A DNA stretch of 63,166 bases, the filler included. It is 5 parts of 5 records of this genome, joined end to end, with 100 filler letters (N's around TTAATTAATTAA, not from the genome) between each part and the next. Parts side by side here need not be neighbours in the genome. Positions count along the whole stretch, not along the records: positions 1 to 21,182 come from DRR723986_8937; positions 21,283 to 43,326 come from DRR723986_8941; 3 more parts are not named here. The stretch is one strand, 5' to 3'. Both the position numbers and the translations under genes were made by a program. Of the stretch, positions 18,823 to 28,603 are shown piece by piece. The notes under the pieces are model-generated. The model saw nothing but the letters and a program-made list of their open reading frames with translations. It did no database searches and had not been told where the DNA came from. Positions within the stretch are counted from its first letter, which is position 1; every line of letters starts with the position of its first letter.

Positions 18823-19302
18823 TCAAAGGCTGCGGGCAAACAGGACTTCGTCGCGGATTTCGATACCGTAGTCGCCACGCAGCGGGATTTCCGGCTTCTT
18901 CTCGCGCTCGGCGTCGATGACACCTTGCGCGATCCGCTCCAGACGGAAGCCGCGCCGTTGATAGAAGCGGAAGGCGTCGAGGTTGTCGTTGGACGTACGG
19001 ACGGTCAGCCGGTTGATGCCGGACGCCTTTGCTTCATCGACCACCGCGTTCAGCAGCAGTGTTCCGGTGCCACCCCAGCGGCTGAGCGAGTCGAGCGTGA
19101 GGATTTCCCATTCGCTTTCCCGCTTGATCAGCGTGACGAGCCCCACAAGATCGTCGCCTGCGTAGGCAACATAACCCGGCAGGCTCGACGCATCGACGAT
19201 CTCGCCGTCCAGTAGCATTTCGGGGCCTGCCCATCGGTCTGCCAGAAGCTGGAACACAGCTTCCTTGTCTTCCTCGTTGATCCGTCGGATGATCACGCTC
19301 AT
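18823..19302 (-). CDS. GNAT-family N-acetyltransferase
   Basis: RWGGTGTLLL acetyl-CoA motif; NDNLDAFRFYQRRGF. Confidence 0.9.
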   Translation of the reverse strand: MSVIIRRINEEDKEAVFQLLADRWAGPEMLLDGEIVDASSLPGYVAYAGDDLVGLVTLIKRESEWEILTLDSLSRWGGTGTLLLNAVVDEAKASGINRLTVRTSNDNLDAFRFYQRRGFRLERIAQGVIDAEREKKPEIPLRGDYGIEIRDEVLFARSL

Positions 19303-19419
19303 GGTCTGCCCTGCCTCCAGATCAGCGGCCCTTCAATCGTCGCCAATTGAACAACCATTTGCCGATCGCTTCCATAATTTGCGAGCACCCTTTCTGCGGT
19401 CGTCTGGCCGCAGGATGCC

Positions 19420-20082
19420 CTATCGGTGAATGACGCGGGATGCCAGAGGCGTGCGCGCCTGCCAACGCGCTCGCTCCAGCTCCGGGTCGATATGCTCTTC
19501 TTCCGGATAACCGACGCATAGATAAGCCACGAGGCGCCAACCGGCGTCAACCTGCAGCGCCTCTGTCACCGCGTCCGGATCAAGGATCGACACCCAGCCA
19601 ACCCCGACACCCTCGGCACGAGCCGCCAGCCAGAATGTGTGGATCATGCTTACCGTGGAATAGGCCAGCGTTTCCGGCATGGTCAGCCGGCCCAGTCCGT
19701 GGCCCTGTTCCGGGTCGTCGTCGCAGAAAATCGCCAGATGCACGGGGGCTTCCTTCAGCCCCGCCAGTTTGAGCTGGCGATAGGCGAGCGCCTTGTCGTC
19801 ACTGTAGGTCCTGGCGGCTTCTTCGTTTTCCGCTTCGAAGCTCGCGATGATCCGCCCACGCGCCTCGGCGCTGTCGACAACAACAATTCGCCAGGGTTGA
19901 CTGTTGCCAACAGAGGGGGCGAGGTCTGCCAGTTGCAGAAGATGGTCGAGAGCGCCTGCCGGCAACGGCTCCTGCTTGAAACGGCGCACGTCCCGTCGCC
20001 ATTTCAGAAGGGTCTCGAAATCCTTCTGAAATTTCGCTGAAAAGTCCGGTATCACGTCTCTGCCCTCGGCTCCTCCCGCCAT
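19420..20082 (-). CDS. bluB: 5,6-dimethylbenzimidazole synthase
   Basis: WRRDVRRF, APSVGNSQPWR, LAGLKEAP, GHGLGR..MPE, GVGWVSILDP. Confidence 0.93.
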   Translation of the reverse strand: MAGGAEGRDVIPDFSAKFQKDFETLLKWRRDVRRFKQEPLPAGALDHLLQLADLAPSVGNSQPWRIVVVDSAEARGRIIASFEAENEEAARTYSDDKALAYRQLKLAGLKEAPVHLAIFCDDDPEQGHGLGRLTMPETLAYSTVSMIHTFWLAARAEGVGVGWVSILDPDAVTEALQVDAGWRLVAYLCVGYPEEEHIDPELERARWQARTPLASRVIHR

Positions 20083-20089
20083 GACAGAC

Positions 20090-20638
20090 CTAGTGACCCG
20101 GAAATTCCACGAGGGTGCGCACTGGAACGTTCATCGCTTCCAGTTTCTTGCGCCCGCCGAGATCTGGCAGATCGACGATAAAGCACGCCGACTCGATGTT
20201 AGCGCCCATCGACCGCAACAATTTGCAGGCAGCCTCTGCCGTTCCACCGGTAGCAATAAGGTCGTCAACCAGGATGACACGGTCACCCGGTTTGATCGCA
20301 TCCTTGTGCATTTCCATCTCATCCAGGCCATATTCCAGGGAATAGGCGATACGGACGGTTTCGTGCGGGAGCTTGCCCTTCTTCCTGATCGGCACGAAGC
20401 CGGCGGACAGCTGGTGCGCGACCGCGCCCCCGAGAATGAAACCGCGCGCCTCAATGCCCGCAATCTGATCGACCTTGGAGCCGGCCCAGGGCTGCACCAG
20501 GGCATCGACCGCCCGGCGGAAGGCACGGGCATCGCCGAGCAGCGTCGTGATATCCCGGAACAGGATGCCCTCTTTCGGATAGTCCTTGATCGTGCGGATT
20601 GCACTGACAAGCTCATCCTGAATGGTCTGTGCGGTCAT
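20090..20638 (-). CDS. apt: Adenine phosphoribosyltransferase
   Basis: [38 protein letters not shown]. Confidence 0.97.
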   Translation of the reverse strand: MTAQTIQDELVSAIRTIKDYPKEGILFRDITTLLGDARAFRRAVDALVQPWAGSKVDQIAGIEARGFILGGAVAHQLSAGFVPIRKKGKLPHETVRIAYSLEYGLDEMEMHKDAIKPGDRVILVDDLIATGGTAEAACKLLRSMGANIESACFIVDLPDLGGRKKLEAMNVPVRTLVEFPGH

Positions 20639-20773
20639 CGGGATATCTCTCTGTTAAAATAGTTCCAGGCATCTGCCCCGGCCGGTGGTTATAGCAAGTT
20701 TGACCTGCCGGTCGAAGCAATTTCGCTTTGTCTCAAGGGGTTATGCCGGCCACACTTTCAACCGGCAATCCGG

Positions 20774-21182
20774 TTAGGTCCGGTTCAGGATCCGTCCTGC
20801 GACAGCGTCGAGCTTCGCCACCAGCGCCGGGTCGCGCTTGTCCGGTGCGGTCATCATGGCAAACTCCAGCGCAGTATCGGACCCGGCCGGGCAGGACTGA
20901 TGTTCGCGCGGCAGATCCCTTGCGACACGGGCAACAAGCCTCTGGGCGTTTTCCGCGTTCTCGTGAAGAACCTTGATGATAGCCTGAATATCGACTTCGC
21001 CGTGGTCCGGGTGCCAGCTGTCATAGTCGGTGACCATCGCGATGGTGGCGTAGGAAATCTCAGCCTCACGGGCAAGCTTTGCTTCCGGCATGTTGGTCAT
21101 GCCGATGACGTCGCAGCCCCAGGACCGGTAGAGCTGGCTTTCAGCTAGAGAAGAGAACTGCGGGCCTTCCATGGCCAGATAG
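20774..21182 (-). CDS. mtnP: S-methyl-5'-thioadenosine phosphorylase, 3' part (truncated by contig end)
   Basis: MEGPQFSS.AES, VIGMTNMPEAKLAREAE, MVTDYDSW. Confidence 0.92.
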
Positions 21183-21282
21183 NNNNNNNNNNNNNNNNNN
21201 NNNNNNNNNNNNNNNNNNNNNNNNNNTTAATTAATTAANNNNNNNNNNNNNNNNNNNNNNNNNNNNNNNNNNNNNNNNNNNN
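21183..21282. other. Artificial contig spacer
   Basis: N44-TTAATTAATTAA-N44; base composition changes sharply across it. Confidence 0.99.
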
Positions 21283-21311
21283 GTCAGGGATTTCGAAATC
21301 CCTGACCTTTT
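21283..21311. terminator. Intrinsic terminator hairpin
   Basis: GTCAGGGATTT-CG-AAATCCCTGAC then CTTTTT, next to the stop of 21316..22644. Confidence 0.7.
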
Positions 21312-21315
21312 TGCA

Positions 21316-22644
21316 TTAATAAGGGGAAACCTTATACAATGGAATTTTCAAGCCTACATATACATCAGCACTTTTGGAGGAGCTGGAAATTAGATTTGTC
21401 AAAATTGATCCTGAACCTATGGTTACAGGACCAGCCCGGAAACCAAAGCCCCAAGCCACGCTTGAATCGTATTGTCTTACACTAATAGGGCTGTAAACAC
21501 TTATCCATCTCATCTCAAATCGAGGAGTGACTGAGAATGAATTGATAATGTTGCTGACAGGAATATCAGACACTTTTTTTACAGAGAGTGCTCCTTGAGC
21601 ACTTACAAAAAACCTATTGGTGATGCTATAATCAGCAAAAACTTGAATAGCTGTTGGTAGGCCAAACTTAGTTTTTTCTAACGTTTCTGACCCTGGGTAA
21701 TTGTCCGCAAGAACTTCCTCTAGGTCTTTTTCGTCAAATTCATTAGCATCAATTGTGGCATTCATGTCATATCTGAAATTACTTGTGCCGCTGTAATTAA
21801 TAGCCCCGATATCCGTGACAGATAGCCCAACTCTTAATCTGTAAGGGTTTTCATCCCAATTATCTGAATCTCTAAATTCATACACCACTCCCAGATCTGC
21901 TCCAAAACCACCCGTGATATCTGCAAAATCAATTTCCTCTGAGTCAAAACCAGAAGTGTAACCATAATTCAGATTACCTGCCGTAGTAAGTGCTTCGTTT
22001 GTAGAATTGTAATTAGCTGATAAATTTGGGCTAAATCCAAAAACTCCACCCGCACCAGCTAGGTATTTGATTGTGGCGCCGGCTTTCAAGAAATGCTTAT
22101 CCTGCTCCCAGACTACCCGGGCATAGGTTACTCCGAATTCTGCCCAAGCGTGGACGACTCCTGAAAGATCATCCATTGAGACATTGAAATTATCTACATC
22201 CTCATCGCCAGAGGTGACTTCGTAAAGCTCGCCGCCAATATTATGGATGTTGAAAAATGCTCTCGCACGCGTAGTGATTCCTATACTACTTTTTTCATTG
22301 AGATTGAAAAGGGCAGAGGGGCCTAGAATGTCCACATTACCAAAGAAATTATTGTTATCCAATGGGTTTTTCTCAGCATCAGTATCGAAATCAAAACCAT
22401 CACTAAAGTTTTTAAGATTGCTTAAATCTATACTGATGAAATCGTTTCCCACAAAAGCGCTGGCAGATAAAAGGTTGATGTCCAGCTTCATTCTAGAATC
22501 TGCCGCATTTGCTGGATTGATCAAGAGAGAATGTACTCCTGCATAATTGTCAATGGTACTACCTACAAAAGACTGTGCAGAAGTAAGGTTTGTGGCATTG
22601 TAAATAAGCAGAATGATAAGGAGATTTAAGTAAAATTTTTTCAT
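21316..22644 (-). CDS. DUF5723-like outer-membrane beta-barrel protein
   Basis: Signal peptide; NYAGVHSLLINPA, GFGADLGVVYEF, GLSVTDIG.I.Y, LPT motifs; C-terminal beta strands. Confidence 0.75.
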   Translation of the reverse strand: MKKFYLNLLIILLIYNATNLTSAQSFVGSTIDNYAGVHSLLINPANAADSRMKLDINLLSASAFVGNDFISIDLSNLKNFSDGFDFDTDAEKNPLDNNNFFGNVDILGPSALFNLNEKSSIGITTRARAFFNIHNIGGELYEVTSGDEDVDNFNVSMDDLSGVVHAWAEFGVTYARVVWEQDKHFLKAGATIKYLAGAGGVFGFSPNLSANYNSTNEALTTAGNLNYGYTSGFDSEEIDFADITGGFGADLGVVYEFRDSDNWDENPYRLRVGLSVTDIGAINYSGTSNFRYDMNATIDANEFDEKDLEEVLADNYPGSETLEKTKFGLPTAIQVFADYSITNRFFVSAQGALSVKKVSDIPVSNIINSFSVTPRFEMRWISVYSPISVRQYDSSVAWGFGFRAGPVTIGSGSILTNLISSSSKSADVYVGLKIPLYKVSPY

Positions 22645-22834
22645 GACGTAGTTATTAAAAATTAAGTTTAAAATTGAAAAAGAGTCTATTGCAAGCAGAT
22701 AAATATAATATATCCGCTGTTATTAACTGGAAATGAAATCCAAAATTCCAATTTCAATTGTTTTATACAAATTGGAAGTAGTTTACGGTTACTTTGAGTT
22801 AGAATGTGGAATTGGATAGGTTAAGTAGATTGAC

Positions 22835-24835
22835 TTAGAATTTTGATAAATAGTCCAATTTAGCTTTAAATCGCTCCACCGGCAGAAATTGCTTTTCTAG
22901 ATTTGGTGCAAAAGGCACCGGCGTATCCAAGCTTCCTTCCCGCATCACGGGAGCATCCAAGTACTCAAAACAATTTTCGGAAATCCAAGCGCAGATTTCA
23001 GCTCCAATTCCACCCGTCAGGCAATCTTCCTGTAAGAAAATCACTTTTCCAGTCTTTTTTAATGTGGCTTTCACAGCTTCTTTATCCCAAGGTAATAGCG
23101 TTCTCAAATCTAAAATATCGGCTGACAAATTTAGTTCTTCCACTGCTTTCAATGCCCAATGAACTCCCATTCCATAGGTGATGATGGAGATTTCGCTTCC
23201 TTCATTTACCAAATATGCCTTGCCAATTTCAACGGTATAATATACATCAGGAATTTCCGCCGATATCGAGCGATACATTCCCTTATGCTCAAAGTAGAGG
23301 TAAGGATTTGGATCTTCGAAAGCCGCATTCAGCAGGCCTTTCGCATCGTAAGGGTTGGATGGATAGATAATTTTAAGTCCTGGAGTATGGAAAAACCAAG
23401 CTTCGTTGGATTGGGAATGGAAAGGTCCGGCAGCCATTCCAGCGCCAGTTGGCATGCGAATTACCACATCAGCTTGCTGTCCCCAGCGGTAATGGATTTT
23501 TGCCAGATTATTGACTATTTGATTAAAGCCTACAGAAACAAAATCAGCGAATTGCATTTCAACCATGGCTTTGTAGCCCCTGATGGAAAGTCCAAGTCCA
23601 GTTCCTATGATCGCGCTCTCGCAAAGTGGTGTATTGCGAACTCTATCCGCTCCAAATTCTGCCTTGAAACCATCTGTGATTTTGAAAACTCCTCCGTATT
23701 CTCCTATGTCTTGACCCATTAAAATGAGATTAGGGTATTTTTCCATGGATTGACGGAGCCCATCTGAGATTGCGTCAACTAGTCGCTTTTCGGATTTTGG
23801 CGAGTTTGGAGAAGGTGAAATAACTTCCTGCGAAAATGGCGCATAAACATCCCTTAGTTCAGTTTCTAGGTTAGGGGAAATGGCTTCCTCAGCGAAGGCA
23901 ATATCCAACCCATCATTTATGGCTTTTTTGACTTTTTTATTAATCCGTTCTTTTGACTTCCCATCTAGCACGCCTAATTCTTCCAAGAAGTGCTCGTAGT
24001 TTTCCACGGGATCCAGTTTGCTCCAATCCTCCATCAGTTGCTTGGGTACGTACTTGGTTCCTGAAGCTTCCTCGTGTCCTCTCATCCGAAAAGTGATGGC
24101 TTCTACCAAAACAGGGCGTGGGTTTTGACGGATATCTTCAGCTAGGTTTTTGATGGCAGTATATACCTCGAGTACATTATTTCCTTGGATTCGAATAGCT
24201 TCCATTCCATATCCAGGACCTTTGTCTGTGAAGTGTTTGAAGGCGAATTGCTCTTCACTCGGTGTAGAAAGCCCGTAGCCATTGTGCTCCACTACAAAGA
24301 TCACCGGCAATTTCCAGACTGCTGCTACATTCAAACCCTCGTGAAAATCGCCTTCTGAACTTGCACCATCTCCCGAAAAAACAACCGTTACTTTCTTTTC
24401 TTGCGAAAGCTTATCCGCTAAAGCGATTCCATCTGCGATTGCTAATTGAGGGCCAAGATGAGAGATCATTCCTACGATATGATGCTCGATTGAGCCAAAG
24501 TGAAAGGAGCGATCCCGGCCTTTGGTGAAACCCGAAAGCTTTCCCTGAAACTGCGCGAAAAGCCGCTCCAAAGGCATATTTCTCCCAGTGAAAATTCCTA
24601 AATTTCTATGCATGGGAAGGATGAATTCGTCTTCATTCAGAGCATTTACTACCCCAATAGAAATTGCTTCCTGACCCCAGCCACTAAACCATTTGGATAT
24701 TTTGCCTTGGCGTAATAGAATCAGCATTTTTTCCTCGATCCTGCGAGGTATGATGAGCGATTCGTAGAGTTCTATCAGTTTTTGATCAGTTAGATTCTTT
24801 CGGTCGAAAGCTAAAGTTGCGGTAGTGATTTCCAT
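22835..24835 (-). CDS. 2-oxoacid dehydrogenase E1, fused alpha/beta (branched-chain type)
   Basis: GDGASSEGDFHEGLN TPP motif; RMRGHEE; beta part GQDIGEYGGVFK, EMQFADF, GPFHSQ. Confidence 0.93.
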   Translation of the reverse strand: MEITTATLAFDRKNLTDQKLIELYESLIIPRRIEEKMLILLRQGKISKWFSGWGQEAISIGVVNALNEDEFILPMHRNLGIFTGRNMPLERLFAQFQGKLSGFTKGRDRSFHFGSIEHHIVGMISHLGPQLAIADGIALADKLSQEKKVTVVFSGDGASSEGDFHEGLNVAAVWKLPVIFVVEHNGYGLSTPSEEQFAFKHFTDKGPGYGMEAIRIQGNNVLEVYTAIKNLAEDIRQNPRPVLVEAITFRMRGHEEASGTKYVPKQLMEDWSKLDPVENYEHFLEELGVLDGKSKERINKKVKKAINDGLDIAFAEEAISPNLETELRDVYAPFSQEVISPSPNSPKSEKRLVDAISDGLRQSMEKYPNLILMGQDIGEYGGVFKITDGFKAEFGADRVRNTPLCESAIIGTGLGLSIRGYKAMVEMQFADFVSVGFNQIVNNLAKIHYRWGQQADVVIRMPTGAGMAAGPFHSQSNEAWFFHTPGLKIIYPSNPYDAKGLLNAAFEDPNPYLYFEHKGMYRSISAEIPDVYYTVEIGKAYLVNEGSEISIITYGMGVHWALKAVEELNLSADILDLRTLLPWDKEAVKATLKKTGKVIFLQEDCLTGGIGAEICAWISENCFEYLDAPVMREGSLDTPVPFAPNLEKQFLPVERFKAKLDYLSKF

Positions 24836-25155
24836 GGAATGGCGATTTCCATCCTAAGTTACAGGAAGGAAGCAAAAAGGCAAAGGAAGAATCCGCGCCC
24901 TGCAAAAGGGCCCCGACGTGAATCGGGGCGAAAAATAAATGCAAGGAGTTAAAAAGTTTGCTGTACGTCTCAAAAGTAGAAAAAAGGGGTTGCTCCAACT
25001 CAGAAAGCGAGTTAAGCTTAGTTTAAGATTATGTAGTTGGAAATGATCTTTAGATAATATTGGCTTAAGAAAGCAAAAAAATCATCTGGTAATAGGCTGA
25101 TGTCCAAAAGAAAATGGAAATTGAGAACATAACTTTAACCCAAAATCTAGCACCT

Positions 25156-26250
25156 ATGAAAATCAAATCACTCGGCTTTTTAGTCAGTATTTATTGTTTT
25201 ACTGCCCTTGCTGTATTCTCCCAAACTCCACGCAAAACTTTAGTCAGCATTTCTTCAGATAAATTTTATATCAATAATGAATTGACTTATGCTGGTCAAA
25301 TATGGAGTGGACATACTATTGAAGGTTTATTGATGAATTCAAGAATGGTGCAAGGAGTATTTGATGATCTAAATGCGGAAACTGTTAAAAATTGGGAATA
25401 TCCAGACACTAAGAAATGGGATGCAGATCGGAATACGGATGAATTTGTAAGCCATATGGCTAAATGGAAGTCTTACGGCTTGTTATCCTTTACGATTAAC
25501 CTGCAGGGTGGAAGTCCGTACGGCTATTCTCAAAGTCAGCCTTGGATCAATTCTGCCTACATTGAAAATGGAGAGCTTCGGCCTGCTTATTTCAATCGTT
25601 TGGAGAGGATATTGGATAAAGCAGATGAATTGGGAATGGCGCCTATGCTTGGACTGTTTTATTTTGGGCAGGATGAAAACCTTGCTGATGAAAAAGCTGT
25701 GGTAAATGCTGTGAGCAATGTAATTGACTGGTTGCACAGCAAAGATTATAGAAATGTGCTAATCGAAGTAAACAATGAATGTAATATTCGCTATGATCAT
25801 CCAATTCTTCAGCCTGAGCGAGTTCATGAATTGATAGATCTGGTGAGAAGCAAGGAGAAAAATGGCTATCGATTTCTTGTCAGCACTAGCTATGGTGGGG
25901 GAGAAGTGCCAAAGGAAAATGTCGTGCGAGCTTCCGATTTTATTTTGCTTCATGGCAATGGTGTGAAAGATCCGAGAAAGATTATTGAGCAGGTGGAAGC
26001 GACTCGTAAGGTGAATGGATATATGGATAAACCTATCGTTTACAATGAAGACGATCATTTCAATTTTGATCAGGATTTAAACAATTTTACCGCTGCGGTT
26101 TCCGCCTACGCTTCCTGGGGTTATTTTGATTTCCGCATGAAGGATGAGGGATTTGAAGAAGGGTATCAAAGTGTGCCAGTTGATTGGGGAATCAACTCTG
26201 AGCGGAAGAAGGGTTTTTTCGAGTTGTTGAAGGAGATAACGGGGTATTGA
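25156..26250 (+). CDS. Secreted putative glycoside hydrolase, clan GH-A-like
   Basis: Signal peptide; RLERILDKADELGM, IEVNNE (candidate acid/base), PIVYNED (candidate nucleophile). Alternative start at 25114. Confidence 0.6.
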   Translation: MKIKSLGFLVSIYCFTALAVFSQTPRKTLVSISSDKFYINNELTYAGQIWSGHTIEGLLMNSRMVQGVFDDLNAETVKNWEYPDTKKWDADRNTDEFVSHMAKWKSYGLLSFTINLQGGSPYGYSQSQPWINSAYIENGELRPAYFNRLERILDKADELGMAPMLGLFYFGQDENLADEKAVVNAVSNVIDWLHSKDYRNVLIEVNNECNIRYDHPILQPERVHELIDLVRSKEKNGYRFLVSTSYGGGEVPKENVVRASDFILLHGNGVKDPRKIIEQVEATRKVNGYMDKPIVYNEDDHFNFDQDLNNFTAAVSAYASWGYFDFRMKDEGFEEGYQSVPVDWGINSERKKGFFELLKEITGY

Positions 26251-26308
26251 AGAATTTAAAATGAAGAATTTAAAATTTTGAAACTCGCATAAACTCTATC
26301 AGAGAAGC

Positions 26309-26342
26309 AAAACCTTTGAGGTTTTACAAACCTCGGAAGTTT
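26309..26342. repeat. Bacteroidota REP-like palindromic doublet
   Basis: AAAACCTTTGAGGTTTT-ACAAACCTCGGAAGTTT, two nested imperfect palindromes, intergenic. Confidence 0.5.
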
Positions 26343-26548
26343 AGTTAAAATTAATCCCAATCCTGAAAGTTTTCACTTGCAAGAATAGAAAGAGCTGCCT
26401 TTTTAATAGAGGCAGTCTGAAGACTGCAAATTGGTAAGCACAAGTCATGAGACTTGGGCTAGGTGGTTTATGTTTAGAGATTAGGCTCATTTTAAATTTC
26501 AAATTCTCAAATTTTAAATTCAAAAAAGTGTGAAGCTACTTTTTTGTC

Positions 26549-26556
26549 TACCTTTG
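26549..26556 (+). promoter_or_regulatory. Bacteroidota -7 promoter element for rimO
   Basis: TACCTTTG matches TAnnTTTG, 23 nt upstream of the GTG. Confidence 0.7.
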
Positions 26557-26579
26557 CAGCCTCAAAAAGTAGGAAAACT

Positions 26580-27893
26580 GTGAAAGCGAGAACGTTAAAA
26601 AAAGACAAAGTCAATATTGTAACCATGGGTTGCTCCAAGAATCTTGTTGATTCGGAGGTGCTACTTACCCAGCTTCGAGGCAATGGCATCAACGCTACCC
26701 ACGAGTCGGGCACGGATGACAATAACATCATCATTATCAATACTTGCGGGTTTATCGACAATGCAAAGCAGGAGTCTATCGACACCATTTTGCAATATGT
26801 GGATGCCAAAGAGCAAGGTTTGGTGGACAAAGTCTATGTGACAGGGTGTCTTTCGCAGCGCTACAAAGACGATCTGGAGAAGGAAATTCCTCAGGTCGAT
26901 GCATTTTTTGGTACTAGGGATTTGCCTGCGATTTTGAAGAAATTCAAAGCAGACTACAAGCATGAGTTGGTAGGAGAGCGTTTGTTGACGCACTCTTCGC
27001 ACTATGCTTATATGAAGATTTCCGAAGGCTGTGATAGACCTTGTTCCTTCTGCGCTATTCCTATAATGCGTGGCGGACATATCTCCAGACCCATTGAAGA
27101 ATTGGTGAAGGAAGCTGAGCATAAAGCCGCTGGCGGAACGAAGGAGTTGCTTTTGATCGCTCAGGACTCTACTTACTATGGATTAGATATCTATAAAAAG
27201 AGAAATCTTGCTGAACTGATGCGCAGACTTTCGGATGTGAATGGAATTGATTGGATTCGTCTACATTATGCCTACCCAACAGGTTTTCCGATGGACGTTA
27301 TTGAGGTGATGAAGGAGCGGGAGAATATCTGTAATTACCTGGATATTCCGTTGCAACACGGCTCTACAGATGTGCTGAAGGCAATGCGCCGCGGAACTAC
27401 CCGTGAAAAACAAGAAAACCTAATTCACAGTATCCGTGACATTTTACCGGACATCGCGATCCGTACTACACTAATCGCTGGTCATCCAGGTGAAGGAGAA
27501 AAGGAATACCAGGAGATGGTAGACTTCGTGGAGCGAATGAAATTTGAGCGTCTGGGTGTGTTTACCTATTCTCATGAGGAAAACACGCATGCTTATTCTA
27601 TGGAAGATAACATTCCGCAGGAAGTGAAGCAGGAGCGTGCAAACAACTTGATGGAGATTCAGGAACAGATTTCTTACGATTTGAACCAAGAGAAAATCGG
27701 CAAGTCATTCAAAGTCCTAATTGATAAAAAAGAAGGCGGTCACTTCGTAGGCCGTACCGAGTACGATTCTGTTGAAGTTGATAATGAAGTACTGATTGAT
27801 GCTTCAAAATTCTATTGCCGAGTTGGAGATTTTGTAAATGCGAAAGTAACTGATGCTACAGAGTTTGATCTGTATGCGGATGTGGAGGAGTAA
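26580..27893 (+). CDS. rimO: Ribosomal protein S12 methylthiotransferase
   Basis: MGCSKNLVDSE, NTCGFI..AKQES, CDRPCSFC radical-SAM motif, C-terminal TRAM domain. Confidence 0.96.
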   Translation: MKARTLKKDKVNIVTMGCSKNLVDSEVLLTQLRGNGINATHESGTDDNNIIIINTCGFIDNAKQESIDTILQYVDAKEQGLVDKVYVTGCLSQRYKDDLEKEIPQVDAFFGTRDLPAILKKFKADYKHELVGERLLTHSSHYAYMKISEGCDRPCSFCAIPIMRGGHISRPIEELVKEAEHKAAGGTKELLLIAQDSTYYGLDIYKKRNLAELMRRLSDVNGIDWIRLHYAYPTGFPMDVIEVMKERENICNYLDIPLQHGSTDVLKAMRRGTTREKQENLIHSIRDILPDIAIRTTLIAGHPGEGEKEYQEMVDFVERMKFERLGVFTYSHEENTHAYSMEDNIPQEVKQERANNLMEIQEQISYDLNQEKIGKSFKVLIDKKEGGHFVGRTEYDSVEVDNEVLIDASKFYCRVGDFVNAKVTDATEFDLYADVEE

Positions 27894-27972
27894 TTGGAAT
27901 TTGTTTTTGAAATAACAGAAAAAGCTAAATCAACGTATTAGTGAGAGTATTTCAAAATTATTATCTTTCATC

Positions 27973-28182
27973 ATGCTGACAATCAATCCAAAGTATATTA
28001 CTGATCAAGTTGGAAATAAAATTTCCGTGGTTCTTTCAGTGAAGGAATTTGAAACGATGGTGGAAATGCTTGAGGATTTGGATGATGTTCGTCTTTATGA
28101 TCAAGTCAAAAATTCAAAAGATCCTTCCATTCCAATTGAGGAGGCATTTGAAATGATAGATGCTCTTAGAAAAGGGGAATAA
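27973..28182 (+). CDS. Putative type II antitoxin (RelB/Phd-like)
   Basis: 69 aa, acidic (EMLEDLDDVRLYD); stop overlaps the toxin start. Confidence 0.75.
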   Translation: MLTINPKYITDQVGNKISVVLSVKEFETMVEMLEDLDDVRLYDQVKNSKDPSIPIEEAFEMIDALRKGE

Positions 28183-28436
28183 TGGCTTATCAGATCGTCA
28201 TTAAGAAGACAGCGATTAAGTCTCTATCTAAGATACCCGAGCCCTATTTTTCTACTATAAAATCAGCAATTTTTAATTTGACTGACGACCCAAGACCGAA
28301 TGGTTGTAAGAAATTGAAAGGTCGAGAAGCCTATCGAATTCGCATTGCTGATTATAGAATCATCTATGAAATTGCAGATAAAATTCTTTTGATAGAGGTA
28401 ATTGCAATTGGTCACCGAAAGGATATCTATGAGTGA
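28182..28436 (+). CDS. RelE/ParE-family toxin
   Basis: DPRPNGCKKLKG, YRIRIADYRIIYEI, IGHRKDIYE. Confidence 0.92.
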   Translation: MAYQIVIKKTAIKSLSKIPEPYFSTIKSAIFNLTDDPRPNGCKKLKGREAYRIRIADYRIIYEIADKILLIEVIAIGHRKDIYE

Positions 28437-28488
28437 TATCATGTCTAAGCCTTATTAAATGGCTTAAGAATTTAAAGATATAAAGTGC

Positions 28489-28536
28489 CTTCATCTCTAA
28501 AATTCCTTGTTCGTCTGGAGATTTGCTGTGTTCATA
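28489..28536 (+). promoter_or_regulatory. Three direct repeats at 20-21 bp spacing, putative LytTR sites
   Basis: TTCATC (28490), TTCGTC (28510), TTCATA (28531) upstream of the lipoprotein-LytS-LytTR operon. Confidence 0.5.
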
Positions 28537-28603
28537 GAGATTTTTTTCTCGACCTTAGTTAATTAGCCAATTTGAGCCTGTCAACAACTCAAATATTCTA
28601 ATT

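Noticed and set aside
21227-21238. TTAATTAATTAA recurring four times as a biological repeat
   Set aside because: Embedded in N runs; a synthetic six-frame-stop linker.
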